From: an uncultured Gammaproteobacteria bacterium
Lineage (GTDB): Bacteria; Patescibacteriota; Microgenomatia; Daviesbacterales; UBA10151
Direction: 5' to 3'
Assembly: GCA_964405655.1 (NCBI GenBank)
Contig: CAYOOO010000001.1
Coordinates: forward strand, 89,083-153,082
Length of the DNA stretch: 64,000 nt
In this document: piece by piece, positions 10,712 through 20,466 of the stretch
Layout of the letters: every line of letters starts with the position of its first letter
Position numbering within the stretch: position 1 is the first letter of the stretch
Translations under genes and position numbers: made by a program
The notes under the pieces: model-generated
Database searches by the model: none
The model's input: the letters and a program-made list of their open reading frames with translations, nothing else
What the model was told of the DNA's origin: nothing

Positions 10712-11387
10712 ATTAGCAAAATACTATTGCGAAAATGCATCTAGGTTAGGCTGGGGTGAATCTAATGGTAAATTAGACAAGGAAAGGTTAGACCTAATAG
10801 ATAGGTATTTAGTTGGTCAAAAAATTCTTGATGTTGGATGTGGTATGGGATTATATGTTGATTATCTTTCTTCTAAAGGTTATGAAAGTTTTGGTTTAGA
10901 CTTAGTAGGAAAATTTGTCGAAAATGCTCGGTCTTCAAAAAGAGGACGTTTCTTTAAAGGTAAGGCTGAAAAACTTCCTTTTAAGAACAATTACTTTGAT
11001 ACAGTTTTGCTTTTTGACATATTAGAGCATGGAGACGATATCAAAATTCTAGAAGAAACAAAAAGAGTTACAAAAAAAAGGATTTTAATTATCGTTCCTC
11101 GTGAGGTAGATAAGTTGCTAGCGGATACTGGTGTAGTTTTTAGACATTACATAGATAAGACTCACATTAGGGAGTATCGTAGTCAAGATCTTGAAATATT
11201 GGCAAAGAAGGTTAAATTAAAACAAATAAGTTTACAAGAAATTCACAGCTTAAATAATAAAATAATTTTCCAGTCACTTTTGAAAGGTCCCGATCTAATG
11301 AAAGGTTTATTGAGAAAAGTAACGTTTTCACTTCTTTCCTCAAACATTTTTCCAACTGAATATTTTATGGTTCTGGATAAAATATGA
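10701..11387 (+). CDS. Class I SAM-dependent methyltransferase
   Basis: SAM-binding motif I ILDVGCGMGLY and motif post-I FGLDL. The start overlaps the upstream stop. Confidence 0.65.
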   Translation: MQNKLAKYYCENASRLGWGESNGKLDKERLDLIDRYLVGQKILDVGCGMGLYVDYLSSKGYESFGLDLVGKFVENARSSKRGRFFKGKAEKLPFKNNYFDTVLLFDILEHGDDIKILEETKRVTKKRILIIVPREVDKLLADTGVVFRHYIDKTHIREYRSQDLEILAKKVKLKQISLQEIHSLNNKIIFQSLLKGPDLMKGLLRKVTFSLLSSNIFPTEYFMVLDKI

Positions 11388-12511
11388 CTATTGGGTTGGA
11401 TATATCTGTATTAAATGATAAAAATAGAACCGGGATAGGAGTATATGTCTTCAATTTAATTGAACATCTTATAAAAGTTGACAATACAGACAGATTTATT
11501 CTTTTTGCCCTTTCTCCATTGGCAACCTACGACTACATGACAAATTTAAAGTTTAACGACTATCAACACGTCAGGCTGAAGATATTTAAGATGCCTGCTA
11601 AATTCTTCAGGTCGGCTTTCGTAATTTGGCAAAAAATAAATTGGCCCCCGATAGAAATGTTTACTGAAAAAGTAGATATCTTCCATTCATTTAACTGGTT
11701 TTTACCTCCTCAGGTATCTGGCAAATCAGTAGCTACTGTCTTTGATATTACTTCAATTGCTCAACCAAATTGGCATCAGCAAAGAACTACTCAGCTTGAT
11801 AGTCTAAGATTTCAAAGAATATCTAAATATGCTGATCTTGTATTAACAATTTCACAAAATTCAAAAAGAGATTTTCTAAACTACTTTTCTAACTCTAGAG
11901 TCGATGTAATTTATCCAGGTTCATCGAGCATTTTTTCTAGAAAAATTAATAAGGAAAAAATGGGAACCATCTTAAGGAAGTATAATTTAGATCCCGGATA
12001 CATTCTTTCAGTTGGAACACTTGAACCGAGAAAGAACTTGACCTCACTTATAAAAGCCTATCTTAAAGTCAATTTAAGTATGCCTTTGGTGCTAGTTGGC
12101 GCTAAGGGTTGGAAGAATCAAGAAATTATAGATCGTATTAAAAAACAATCTACTAAAATTAGGTTAGTTGGCTTTATTCCAGATGAGGAGTTAGCAATTT
12201 TATACAAAGGAGCACTTTGTTTAGTCTACCCCTCTTTTTATGAAGGATTTGGCATACCTATTTTGGAATCTATGAAATGCGGGACTCCAGTGATATCTTC
12301 TAATACATCATCTTTAACAGAAGTTGGAGGGGATGCGGTCTTGTATATAGATCCATATGATCAAAGAACCACTGAGGAGGCTTTAGTTAAAATAGTTGGA
12401 GATTCTAAATTAAGAACCTCTTTAGTTTCAAAGGGAAGAAAACAGGCTCAAAAGTTTTCATGGACTAAATCAGCTAATAAATTAATTAGTTTATACCATA
12501 GTCTTAAATGA
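11384..12511 (+). CDS. Glycosyltransferase family 4 (GT-B fold)
   Basis: C-terminal EGFGIPILESMKCGTPVISS (E-x7-E region). The ATGA start/stop overlaps with neighbours indicate translational coupling. Confidence 0.8.
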   Translation: MTIGLDISVLNDKNRTGIGVYVFNLIEHLIKVDNTDRFILFALSPLATYDYMTNLKFNDYQHVRLKIFKMPAKFFRSAFVIWQKINWPPIEMFTEKVDIFHSFNWFLPPQVSGKSVATVFDITSIAQPNWHQQRTTQLDSLRFQRISKYADLVLTISQNSKRDFLNYFSNSRVDVIYPGSSSIFSRKINKEKMGTILRKYNLDPGYILSVGTLEPRKNLTSLIKAYLKVNLSMPLVLVGAKGWKNQEIIDRIKKQSTKIRLVGFIPDEELAILYKGALCLVYPSFYEGFGIPILESMKCGTPVISSNTSSLTEVGGDAVLYIDPYDQRTTEEALVKIVGDSKLRTSLVSKGRKQAQKFSWTKSANKLISLYHSLK

Positions 12512-13692
12512 ACTTAATTTGGTTTCTTACTATAGGAACTATTTTATCGCTTTTTTTAGGGGAGTTTGGACAATTTCCTTTTGGGGTAACTTCAAGATCA
12601 GTCAGTGTTACTGATCTGCTACTAGCTACTACAGTAATCTTTTTGTTCATTTGGCAGTTTGGTATTAAGAAAAAGATATTCTTACCCAAAAGCTTTTTTT
12701 TGATTTGTCTTTTTTGGGTAGTTGCTCTAATCTCTCTAATCTTCTCACTAAAATTTTCTGGTGGACTCTATTTGATTAGATTTATATTTTATAGCCTGTC
12801 GTTTTATATCGGATTTTCTTTAATCAAAGAAGGAAGGGTTACCTTAGATAGACTGTTTGAAGTTATTTCAATTCCTTCACTAATAATAACTTTCACAGGA
12901 TTTTTGCAACTTATATTTTACCCCGATCTTAATAGACTGACTGATTTTGGTTATGATCCTCATCAAGGAAGGCTAGTGTCCACTTTTCTAGACCCAAATT
13001 TTTTGGGTGGTTTTCTGTCAATTACATCTTTGGTTTTTATCTATCTCTTTATCAAAAGTAAAAAATTAGTCTGGTTATTTTCTTTCTTTTTAATATTTTT
13101 AGCAGTCTTGCTAACATTTTCAAGATCTGCTTATCTAACTTTTTTTGTCCAGGTCTTGATAATCTCCCTCTTAAAATATCGGAAAATTCTTTTAATTTTG
13201 TTGATAGTGCCAATTTTGTTATATTTATTTATTCCTAGATTTTCAGAACGTGTACAGGGAGCTTTGAGGTTTGATGTAACAGCCAAAGAACGAATCGAAT
13301 CTTGGCAAAAAGGATTTTACATCTTTCAGCAACAACCAATTTTAGGGATAGGATTTAACAACTTACGTGATATGATGGAGCAATATCAACTATTAAAAGT
13401 TTATTCAGCAGATGGGGGAAATTCAGGTGCGGGATTAGACTCTAGTTTTATAGTTGTTCTAGCGACCACTGGAGTTATTGGATTTACTACCTACTTACTT
13501 TGGTGGCTAAGTATTCTCAAATCTGCTGCTGAAAGATTTTTTCAAAAGAAAAACAGCTTAAGTCAATTAATTGTGATCTCATTGGGAATAGGGCTTATGA
13601 TAAATAGCCAATTTATCAATGGCCTTTTTTACCCTCCCATCATGTTTTTATCTTTTCTCATTCTAGGAGCTGTTAATGCGCAGTCTGAGTAA
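12508..13692 (+). CDS. O-antigen ligase/polymerase-like membrane protein (Wzy_C-like)
   Basis: 394 aa and polytopic. It has an LTFSRSAYL motif resembling the Wzy_C/O-antigen-ligase domain, followed by a large periplasmic loop. Confidence 0.5.
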   Translation: MNLIWFLTIGTILSLFLGEFGQFPFGVTSRSVSVTDLLLATTVIFLFIWQFGIKKKIFLPKSFFLICLFWVVALISLIFSLKFSGGLYLIRFIFYSLSFYIGFSLIKEGRVTLDRLFEVISIPSLIITFTGFLQLIFYPDLNRLTDFGYDPHQGRLVSTFLDPNFLGGFLSITSLVFIYLFIKSKKLVWLFSFFLIFLAVLLTFSRSAYLTFFVQVLIISLLKYRKILLILLIVPILLYLFIPRFSERVQGALRFDVTAKERIESWQKGFYIFQQQPILGIGFNNLRDMMEQYQLLKVYSADGGNSGAGLDSSFIVVLATTGVIGFTTYLLWWLSILKSAAERFFQKKNSLSQLIVISLGIGLMINSQFINGLFYPPIMFLSFLILGAVNAQSE

Positions 13693-14791
13693 ATTCTTAA
13701 TTTTCTTAGTGTTGTTTTGGACTTTATCTATTCTGCTGATTAGCTTTTTAAGCTTTTATAGCTTACCTAAAAATCCTCTTCAAAAAAGGCTTAAACTTGT
13801 CGAAACATTTTCTAACTGGGATGGCTCATATTTTTTAGAGATCGCCAGAAATGGTTATAACAACAAAGATCTTTATGCCTTCTTCCCGCTTTATCCAGCT
13901 TTGACAAGCTTTTTTTCTAAGTCGACTGGAGTCGATCTTTTACCTAGTTCGTTACTAATTAGCATTTTTGGATTAATTGGCTCAGTTTATTTTTTAAAGA
14001 ATTTACTAAAGTTTGATTATCCAGAAGTTTTAGTCAAAAAGATCATAATTTTGTTTCTCTTCTTTCCTACTAGTTTTTTCTTAATTGGTAGCTATTCTGA
14101 GAGCCTATTTATTTTCCTTAGCATACTTACTTTCTATTTTGTTAGAAAATTTAACCAATCTAAGAAAACTAACAGATCAACCCTTTTTTATATAACTCTG
14201 GCCACTATCTCAGCCTTGCTGGCTTCTTTAACAAGACTTGTTGGGTTATTGCTTATTTTAGCCCTATGGATTGAAGTTTTTCTTGAAAATAAAAAACTGG
14301 ACCTTAAAATTAAGCTTATTTGTCTACTTGCTCCTTTGGGGTTCTTTTTGTATAGCTTATATCTTTTTAACCAGACTGGAAACCCATTTTACTTTCTCCT
14401 GTCTGAGCAACAAAATTGGCAAAGGACACTAACTTTCCCTGGAGTTAGTTTATGGCAAAGTTGGGAAAGTTTGTTCGGTAACAAATTTAGCTCAGTTATT
14501 ATCAGTATTTTAATAGACTTAATGTTTACTATTTTTGCACTTGGTTTGGCTATCAGAAGTTTTCGATATCTTAGAAAGTCTTATGTCTTTTACTGCCTTG
14601 CTTCGGTCTTATTGCCCCTGCTTACTTCTAGCCTGATGTCTGTGCCAAGATTTATTTTAGCTATATTCCCAATCTTTATTGTTCTTGGACTTATAAAGAA
14701 TGAAACTTTTAATTTATTTTATTTGATAATTAGTATTCTACTGCTATCCTTCAATATAATATTATTTACCAGTGGTTATTGGGTAAGCTAA
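13676..14791 (+). CDS. GT-C-type integral membrane glycosyltransferase-like protein (PIG-V/mannosyltransferase-like)
   Basis: 371 aa and polytopic. The N-terminal loop motif FSNWDGSYFLEIARNGY…AFFPLYPAL resembles GT-C mannosyltransferase families. Confidence 0.35.
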   Translation: MRSLSKFLIFLVLFWTLSILLISFLSFYSLPKNPLQKRLKLVETFSNWDGSYFLEIARNGYNNKDLYAFFPLYPALTSFFSKSTGVDLLPSSLLISIFGLIGSVYFLKNLLKFDYPEVLVKKIIILFLFFPTSFFLIGSYSESLFIFLSILTFYFVRKFNQSKKTNRSTLFYITLATISALLASLTRLVGLLLILALWIEVFLENKKLDLKIKLICLLAPLGFFLYSLYLFNQTGNPFYFLLSEQQNWQRTLTFPGVSLWQSWESLFGNKFSSVIISILIDLMFTIFALGLAIRSFRYLRKSYVFYCLASVLLPLLTSSLMSVPRFILAIFPIFIVLGLIKNETFNLFYLIISILLLSFNIILFTSGYWVS

Positions 14792-16075
14792 ATGAATTTT
14801 GCATTACTATTTCAATCCATTACTATAATAGTTTCACCACTTTATATTTTAAGGGCAGATCCTGTTATCCCTTTTACAAAAATTCAAATACCAACTACTT
14901 TTTTAGAGGTCCTAATTCTTTTTACAGTTATTCTTACTCTAATCGATTTTATTAAGTCTGGGGCAAAAATTAGAAATTTAAGAACTAGTTTTGATCTGCC
15001 AATCATCATTTTTTTATTATCTGCAATTCTAGCAGTTCTAATAAGTGTGGACTTTAAGGGTGGTTTGGGAATACTTAAGGCCTATTTTATCGAACCAATA
15101 CTTTTTTACTACTGCTTGATTTACCAGCTTAGAAAAAACAACAACTTTTTTATTATCAGTAGTTTATTTATAGCAGGTATTTGGGTTTCCGCCCTTTCGC
15201 TAGTTCAAAAGGTTACTGGAGGTTTTACACTGGCTCCTCATGAACTAGCTCAAGGTAGGGTTTCAGCAGTCTATAACAGCGCTAATTCATTAGCTTTATT
15301 TTTAGGACCCATTATTATCTTGTCCTTCTGGTTTTTCCTTAAGAAGAGGTTTCAATATAGAATAATTGGTCTATCTGTCTTGGCCTTTTTTCTCCTTGAT
15401 TTTATCTGGACTAAATCAAGAGGGGGACTAATTTCCTTAGTGGCCTCCTTGATAATTTTTATGTATTTTTTTACCATTGACAGATATTTAAAACCAGCAG
15501 TTAGTTTAAAAAGATTAAAAAGAATTTGGTTTGTACCAATCCTAATAGCAGTAATTGCCTCCTTAATTTTCTTATCTAATTTTTATCAAAAGACTAATTT
15601 TATCCCTTTCAATCATGGTCAGCCTTACACTCAGGGAGATACACTGCAAATCAGATATTTCATCTGGGCAGGCACAATGAAGATGTTAAAGGATAATTTC
15701 GTTTTTGGAGTAGGGCTAAACGGATTTAAAACTGTTTATACCAATCGTTATCGTTTACCTCAGTACCAGGAACAATTCCAGTATCCTCATAACTTATTGT
15801 TGACTTTTTGGACAGAGATGGGTTTATTTGGATTATTCGCTTTCCTGCTTATCATAGTTCGCTCATTTAGATTAATAATTGAGAAGTTTCTTATTAGCAA
15901 GGAAAATAACTTATTTGGAATAACTCTTTTGGGGATTCTTTCTTATTGGTTGATCCATGGATTAGTTGATGTTCCTTACTTTAAAAACGACCTTAGTCTT
16001 CAGTTTTGGATAATTATTTCTATGATAAATTACTGGATTGAAAGTAAAAAGTCAGATCCTAAGGTTGATAGTTAA
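14792..16075 (+). CDS. O-antigen ligase family protein (Wzy_C domain)
   Basis: 427 aa. It has WTKSRGGLISLVASL in a periplasmic loop between TM helices, typical of WaaL/Wzy_C. Confidence 0.6.
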   Translation: MNFALLFQSITIIVSPLYILRADPVIPFTKIQIPTTFLEVLILFTVILTLIDFIKSGAKIRNLRTSFDLPIIIFLLSAILAVLISVDFKGGLGILKAYFIEPILFYYCLIYQLRKNNNFFIISSLFIAGIWVSALSLVQKVTGGFTLAPHELAQGRVSAVYNSANSLALFLGPIIILSFWFFLKKRFQYRIIGLSVLAFFLLDFIWTKSRGGLISLVASLIIFMYFFTIDRYLKPAVSLKRLKRIWFVPILIAVIASLIFLSNFYQKTNFIPFNHGQPYTQGDTLQIRYFIWAGTMKMLKDNFVFGVGLNGFKTVYTNRYRLPQYQEQFQYPHNLLLTFWTEMGLFGLFAFLLIIVRSFRLIIEKFLISKENNLFGITLLGILSYWLIHGLVDVPYFKNDLSLQFWIIISMINYWIESKKSDPKVDS

Positions 16076-16793
16076 CCTTACGCTCAACCCGGTTGCTATT
16101 ACCAAAATTATTTATTGCTAGAACCACAACCAGGTTATCCCCATCATTTAATGGGACTTCAATAGAAAATCCACCCTCACCATTTAATATAACAGTTGAA
16201 CCATTAACAGTAACTGAATTATTAGGGTCAGTTTTGCCGCTAACACGAACCTTTTTATCTCCGCCCTTTATTTGCAAGTTTTCTTGAGGTTCAGAAAGAT
16301 CTAATTTTGGTTTCTCATTACTATAAATAAGTTTAATGGTTTTTGAAGCCAGACTTTTTTTATTGTTTTCATCAACTGTTTTACTGTAGATATTATTTGT
16401 GCTTAGGCTTAACGAGAGATTATCAGTAGTAAAACTGCCATCATCTCTGGTATCAACAGTTGTTTTCAACTCATCATCGATATAAATCTCTACTTTAGAT
16501 TTGGGAATGCTATAACCAGAAATTTTTATAGAAGAACTATTGGTAGCCTCAAATGGAATGCTTAAGACAGGTGGCGCTAAAGTAGCATCTTCAACAACAG
16601 ATTTTTCGCTGTTTACGGGTTTCAATTTATTAAATATTGATAAACTACCTATAAATAAAGGCAATCCCCAATTCAACAGAGCAAAAATTGCAATTAGAAC
16701 AACAATAACACTTATTACAACATTCCTTCTGCTCTTTCTTTCTAATCTTCGAATAGATCTGGGTTTAAAATAGGGACGATTATTCCTGCGCAT
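16059..16793 (-). CDS. Hypothetical membrane-anchored extracytoplasmic protein, Ser/Asn/Thr-rich and probably beta-rich
   Basis: The ORF-track start at 16841 overlaps tRNA-Thr. The internal ATG at 16793 (MRRNNRPYF…) is the more plausible start. There is a basic N-terminus, then one TM segment (VVISVIVVLIAIFALL), then a large extracellular part. Confidence 0.4.
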   Translation of the reverse strand: MRRNNRPYFKPRSIRRLERKSRRNVVISVIVVLIAIFALLNWGLPLFIGSLSIFNKLKPVNSEKSVVEDATLAPPVLSIPFEATNSSSIKISGYSIPKSKVEIYIDDELKTTVDTRDDGSFTTDNLSLSLSTNNIYSKTVDENNKKSLASKTIKLIYSNEKPKLDLSEPQENLQIKGGDKKVRVSGKTDPNNSVTVNGSTVILNGEGGFSIEVPLNDGDNLVVVLAINNFGNSNRVERKVNYQP

Positions 16794-16809
16794 AAATTTA
16801 TTATACAAG

Positions 16810-16881
16810 AGCCAGCGGTGGGAATTGAACCCACGGCCCATCCCTTACGAAGGGATTGCTCTACCACTGAGCTACGCTGGC
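16810..16881 (-). tRNA. tRNA-Thr (anticodon CGU)
   Basis: Reverse complement: GCCAGCG-TA-GCTC…GAGC-A-ATCCC-TTCGTAA-GGGAT-…-GTGGG-TTCAATT-CCCAC-CGCTGGC-T. Confidence 0.85.
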
Positions 16882-16889
16882 GGTACCTG

Positions 16890-16961
16890 AGCGGGAGACG
16901 GGACTCGAACCCGCGGCCTTCTCCTTGGGAAGGAGACGTACTACCACTGTACTACTCCCGC
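16890..16961 (-). tRNA. tRNA-Gly (anticodon CCC)
   Basis: Reverse complement: GCGGGAG-TA-GTAC…GTAC-G-TCTCC-TTCCCAA-GGAGA-…-GCGGG-TTCGAGT-CCCGT-CTCCCGC-T. It lies 8 nt from tRNA-Thr. Confidence 0.85.
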
Positions 16962-17094
16962 ATATGTAATTGACTTTCGAACAAATTATATCAAAGATAG
17001 TTTATACTAAATATGGAGGTGATTTTATGGTAGGTGAGGGAGAGGGAGAAATAAATTCTTCTAGCGGCTTAGGAATTTCTACATCTACTAAAAA

Positions 17095-17802
17095 CTAACG
17101 GGGTATTTTTAAAGTCATGCCTACTTCAATCAAATCTGCATTTGAGATGTTGTTAGCATCAGCTATCTTTTGATAAGCCATCGGGTCGCCATAAGCCCGG
17201 CCAGCTATTTTAGATAACCAGTCATCTACTTGAACAGTGTAAGTGTCACCTGAAATTCTTTCGCCCCAGATAGTTTGATTAATTGCTCCTCCCTGACCTA
17301 TCTCTCCTGGGACTATACTTGAGGAAGGAGATGCTTCCACAGAAGATTTAATTTCAATTTTGGGAATATCTAAGACTTGACCAACGCTTATTAAGTTTTC
17401 ATCAGGAAGCTTGTTTTCCTCAATAATCTTTTGGTACTGATACCCGTCGTTGTAATACTTTTGAGCTATTAAAAACAGCGTATCACCTTCTTTAACAGTA
17501 TATTTGCCAGGTAAGGCTTCCTTTTTGACATCTTCAGATGCCTGTTCTTCGTTAGCGTTTTGTAAAGAGGGTCCCAATTCACTCTTAGGCTTGTTAAAGT
17601 AATTAAAAATAAGTAATCCCAAAACTATGACTATTAAAGTACCCAAAATAAGATTCAAGTATGATTGATTAGTTTGAAGATCGTCCTGAAGTCTTTCGAT
17701 AATTCCGCCACTACTTCTTGAAGAGGCCTTTTTGCTAACTCTTTCTTCACTGAATTTATAACTGAATCGCTTGCCTTGATTAGAAGGTTTTTTTCTTGCC
17801 AC
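17095..17802 (-). CDS. LysM-domain peptidoglycan-binding protein
   Basis: N-terminal TM segment and two LysM repeats (YTVKEGDTLFLIAQKYY…; YTVQVDDWLSKIAGRAYGD…). The start codon is GTG, preceded by a canonical SD (AAGGGGGAT). Confidence 0.75.
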   Translation of the reverse strand: MARKKPSNQGKRFSYKFSEERVSKKASSRSSGGIIERLQDDLQTNQSYLNLILGTLIVIVLGLLIFNYFNKPKSELGPSLQNANEEQASEDVKKEALPGKYTVKEGDTLFLIAQKYYNDGYQYQKIIEENKLPDENLISVGQVLDIPKIEIKSSVEASPSSSIVPGEIGQGGAINQTIWGERISGDTYTVQVDDWLSKIAGRAYGDPMAYQKIADANNISNADLIEVGMTLKIPR

Positions 17803-17842
17803 CTAAATCCCCCTTTTCCCGAGGCAGTTTCTTACTTTAAAT

Positions 17843-17871
17843 CTTATAGTCCATCTGTAAAAAGTTGTCAA
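17843..17871 (-). promoter_or_regulatory. Sigma70-like promoter (TTGACA-17 nt-TATAAG) for the LysM gene
   Basis: On the minus strand, ctcTTGACAactttttacagatggacTATAAGat. It lies downstream of the tRNA-Asp duplicate. Confidence 0.45.
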
Positions 17872-17881
17872 GAGGGAAAAA

Positions 17882-17993
17882 GCGGGACCGACGGGAATAA
17901 GTCTACTCCGATTTCATCGGAGATCTTGCGTTTTTGACTTCGTCAAAAACGTCGAACAGCAAATCGATCACAAGGATCGTTTTTTAATTTCTG
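17882..17993 (-). mobile_element. Small tRNA-Asp 3'-flanking insert of about 95 nt. It ends in a 17-nt direct repeat of tRNA nt 58-74 (17882-17898 repeats 17993-18009) and contains a 27-nt hairpin core that also occurs downstream of tRNA-Glu.
   Basis: The direct repeat ATTCCCGTCGGTCCCGC is present twice. The core, read in tRNA orientation, is GTTCGACGTTTTTGACGAAGTCAAAAA (plus 17931-17957), a perfect 10-bp inverted repeat with a 3-nt loop. No ORF is present. Confidence 0.4.
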
Positions 17994-18066
17994 CGGGACC
18001 GACGGGAATCGAACCCGCTATCTTCTCCGTGACAGGGAGACGTGATGACCGGTTCACTACGGTCCC
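17994..18066 (-). tRNA. tRNA-Asp (anticodon GUC)
   Basis: Reverse complement: GGGACCG-TA-GTGA…TCAC-G-TCTCC-CTGTCAC-GGAGA-…-GCGGG-TTCGATT-CCCGT-CGGTCCC-G. Confidence 0.85.
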
Positions 18067-18103
18067 TTAGAACTAGTGTATTTTAACAAAGCTGAAGCAA
18101 AAA

Positions 18104-18112
18104 TGGTATATT
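18104..18112 (+). promoter_or_regulatory. Extended -10 (TGgTATATT) 10 nt upstream of the polX ATG
   Basis: aaatggtatatt is followed by aacttatgtt and then the ATG at 18123, with no SD. Confidence 0.35.
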
Positions 18113-18122
18113 AACTTATGTT

Positions 18123-19910
18123 ATGGTATCTAGTCACAATTTTACCAATCAGCAGATAGCTAAGCTTTTAAGGTCAGTAGCTGCTGCACTGGCTATAAAA
18201 AAGGGGAGTATTTTTCAATTGAGAGCTTATGAAACTGCTGCTGATGCCATCGAGCACTCTACCTCCGAAGTAAAAGACCTGTGGGAGGAAGAAAAATTAG
18301 ACCAAATCCCGGGTGTTGGACAAAACATAGCAAAATACCTTGATGAGTTATTCAGAACTGGCAAAATTGCCCATTTTGAATCAATCCAAAAAGGAATTGA
18401 GCCAGTTGTATTTGATTTACTAGATATTCCTGGAGTTGGTCCTAAAACTGCTCTTGAGCTTTCTAAATTAGGTATAAAAAGCCTTGAAGATCTTCATAAG
18501 AAACTGAACTCGGGCGAACTTACCAAAAAAGGTTTGTCAGATAAAATAGCCTCAAAAATAACTTTAGGTTTAAAGGAATTATCTGGTAGAACTGGTAGGA
18601 TGTTACTTCCCTATGCCGCAGAATATTCCAAGAAAATACTTGACTACTTGAAAAAATGTCCAGAAATTAAAGCTGCTGATGCTTTGGGTAGCTTAAGAAG
18701 ACAAGTTGCAACCATTGGGGATTTAGATTTTGCTGCAGCCTCAAAAGACCCTTCAAAAGTAGTTAAACACTTTGTTAATATGCCTAATGTCAAAAGAATT
18801 ATAGATCAAGGGGAAAATCAGCCAAAGGCTGGCACCAAAAAGGGTGCTAAAGCAACTGTCGTACTAGCTTCTGGACTACATTTAGATTTATTGGTTGGGT
18901 CTCCAAATAGTTATGGTGCTCTTCTGCAGCATTTCACAGGTTCAAAAAATCATAATGTCAGACTTAGAACTTTGGCAGAGAAAAAAGGCTATTCATTAAG
19001 TGAAAATGGAATTAAATCTATAAAATCAGGCAAGATTACTCCTACTAAAACAGAAGAAGAGCTATATAAGCTTTTAGGTATGGATACACCTGAACCTGAA
19101 CTTAGGGAAGATAACGGAGAAATAGAGGCTGCCTTGGACCATAAACTACCCAAACTAATTGAGTTTAAGGATATCAATGGGGACCTACACCTCCACTCAA
19201 ACTTCCCAATGGTTAGTCCATCCCATGGACCAGGTGCTAATTCCATCGAGGAGATAATCGAGCAAGCTATTAAACTTGGATATAGCTATGTGGGTATTTC
19301 AGATCATCCACCAGGATATAGGACAGTAACTTTAGATAAAGTGATCAAAATTCTTCAGAAAAGAACTAAACTGATCAGTAGAGTTAAATCGAGCAAGAAA
19401 GTTATTCGAGTACTAAATGGACTCGAAGTTGATATTCTGCCTGATGGAACACTATCTGTACCCGATTCTATACTAGAGGGATTGGACTATTGTATTGCAG
19501 GTATTCACTCTGGTCATCGATCCTCAAGTGAGGATATTACTAAACGGATAATTTCAGCTTTGAAAAATCCTAATGTCGATATAATTTCCCACCCCACTGG
19601 TAGATTACTAAATGAACGTGATTCGTATGAGGCTGACTGGGAGCAAATTTTTAAATTCAGTGCTAAAAATAAGAAGCTACTGGAGATAAATGCCTATCCT
19701 AATAGACTTGATTTAAGAGATGATTTAGTCAAGTTAGCCATAAGCTTTGGCTGTAAGTTTATTATTGATTCTGATGCGCATGAAACTTCCCAAATGAGTA
19801 ATATGCCCTATGGGGTTGCTGTAGCCAGAAGAGGCTGGGCCACCAAAGATCAGATAGTCAATAGTTGGGAGTGGAAAAAATTTGCAAATTGGTTTAATAT
19901 TAAAAGGTAA
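18123..19910 (+). CDS. polX: DNA polymerase X family protein with C-terminal PHP phosphoesterase domain
   Basis: 595 aa. It has HhH motifs ([12 protein letters not shown]; [12 protein letters not shown]), a Pol-beta-like core, and a C-terminal PHP domain with His/Asp-rich motifs (HLHSNF…, GISDH, DSDAH). Confidence 0.85.
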   Translation: MVSSHNFTNQQIAKLLRSVAAALAIKKGSIFQLRAYETAADAIEHSTSEVKDLWEEEKLDQIPGVGQNIAKYLDELFRTGKIAHFESIQKGIEPVVFDLLDIPGVGPKTALELSKLGIKSLEDLHKKLNSGELTKKGLSDKIASKITLGLKELSGRTGRMLLPYAAEYSKKILDYLKKCPEIKAADALGSLRRQVATIGDLDFAAASKDPSKVVKHFVNMPNVKRIIDQGENQPKAGTKKGAKATVVLASGLHLDLLVGSPNSYGALLQHFTGSKNHNVRLRTLAEKKGYSLSENGIKSIKSGKITPTKTEEELYKLLGMDTPEPELREDNGEIEAALDHKLPKLIEFKDINGDLHLHSNFPMVSPSHGPGANSIEEIIEQAIKLGYSYVGISDHPPGYRTVTLDKVIKILQKRTKLISRVKSSKKVIRVLNGLEVDILPDGTLSVPDSILEGLDYCIAGIHSGHRSSSEDITKRIISALKNPNVDIISHPTGRLLNERDSYEADWEQIFKFSAKNKKLLEINAYPNRLDLRDDLVKLAISFGCKFIIDSDAHETSQMSNMPYGVAVARRGWATKDQIVNSWEWKKFANWFNIKR

Positions 19911-20458
19911 TGCTAAGTTTTATACTGATTGGGATAGTAGTTTTAATAGGCCTGTGGTTACTTGTAACTTATAATGGGCTGGTTACACTCCGTAATCGGG
20001 TTAGAGAAGCTTGGTCACAGATCGATGTTCAACTGAAGAGGCGCTCTTCCTTAATTCCCAATCTAATCGAAACAGTCAAAGGTTATGCTAAGCATGAGAA
20101 ATCGGTCTTAGAGGAAGTAACCAAGGCAAGGACAGCTCTAGTTAATGCAAAAGACCCGAAGTCTGCTGCTACAGCCAATGATATGTTATCTGGGGCACTC
20201 AAATCACTTTTTGCAGTGGCTGAAGATTATCCCGATTTAAAAGCATCTGAGAACTTCAAAGAACTCCAAGAAGAGCTTTCAGATACTGAGACTAAAGTCG
20301 CTGCAGCCAGACAGTTTTATAATACTAATGTTTTGGATCTTAATAATTCCTTAGAAACTGTGCCTTCCGCTTGGGTAGGAAGTATGTTTGGTTTTGCTAA
20401 GGAAGAGTTCTTCAAGGCTACAGACGAGGAGAAGAAAGAAGTTGAGGTTAAATTTTAA
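19910..20458 (+). CDS. lemA: LemA family protein
   Basis: 182 aa with an N-terminal TM segment. LemA motifs [18 protein letters not shown]…[15 protein letters not shown] are present. Confidence 0.8.
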   Translation: MLSFILIGIVVLIGLWLLVTYNGLVTLRNRVREAWSQIDVQLKRRSSLIPNLIETVKGYAKHEKSVLEEVTKARTALVNAKDPKSAATANDMLSGALKSLFAVAEDYPDLKASENFKELQEELSDTETKVAAARQFYNTNVLDLNNSLETVPSAWVGSMFGFAKEEFFKATDEEKKEVEVKF

Positions 20459-20466
20459 CTTTTCAG

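Noticed and set aside
16794-16841. ORF-track start of the 16059 gene at 16841
   Set aside because: That extension runs through the body of tRNA-Thr (16810-16881). The internal ATG at 16793 gives a basic N-terminus followed by a TM helix and avoids the tRNA.
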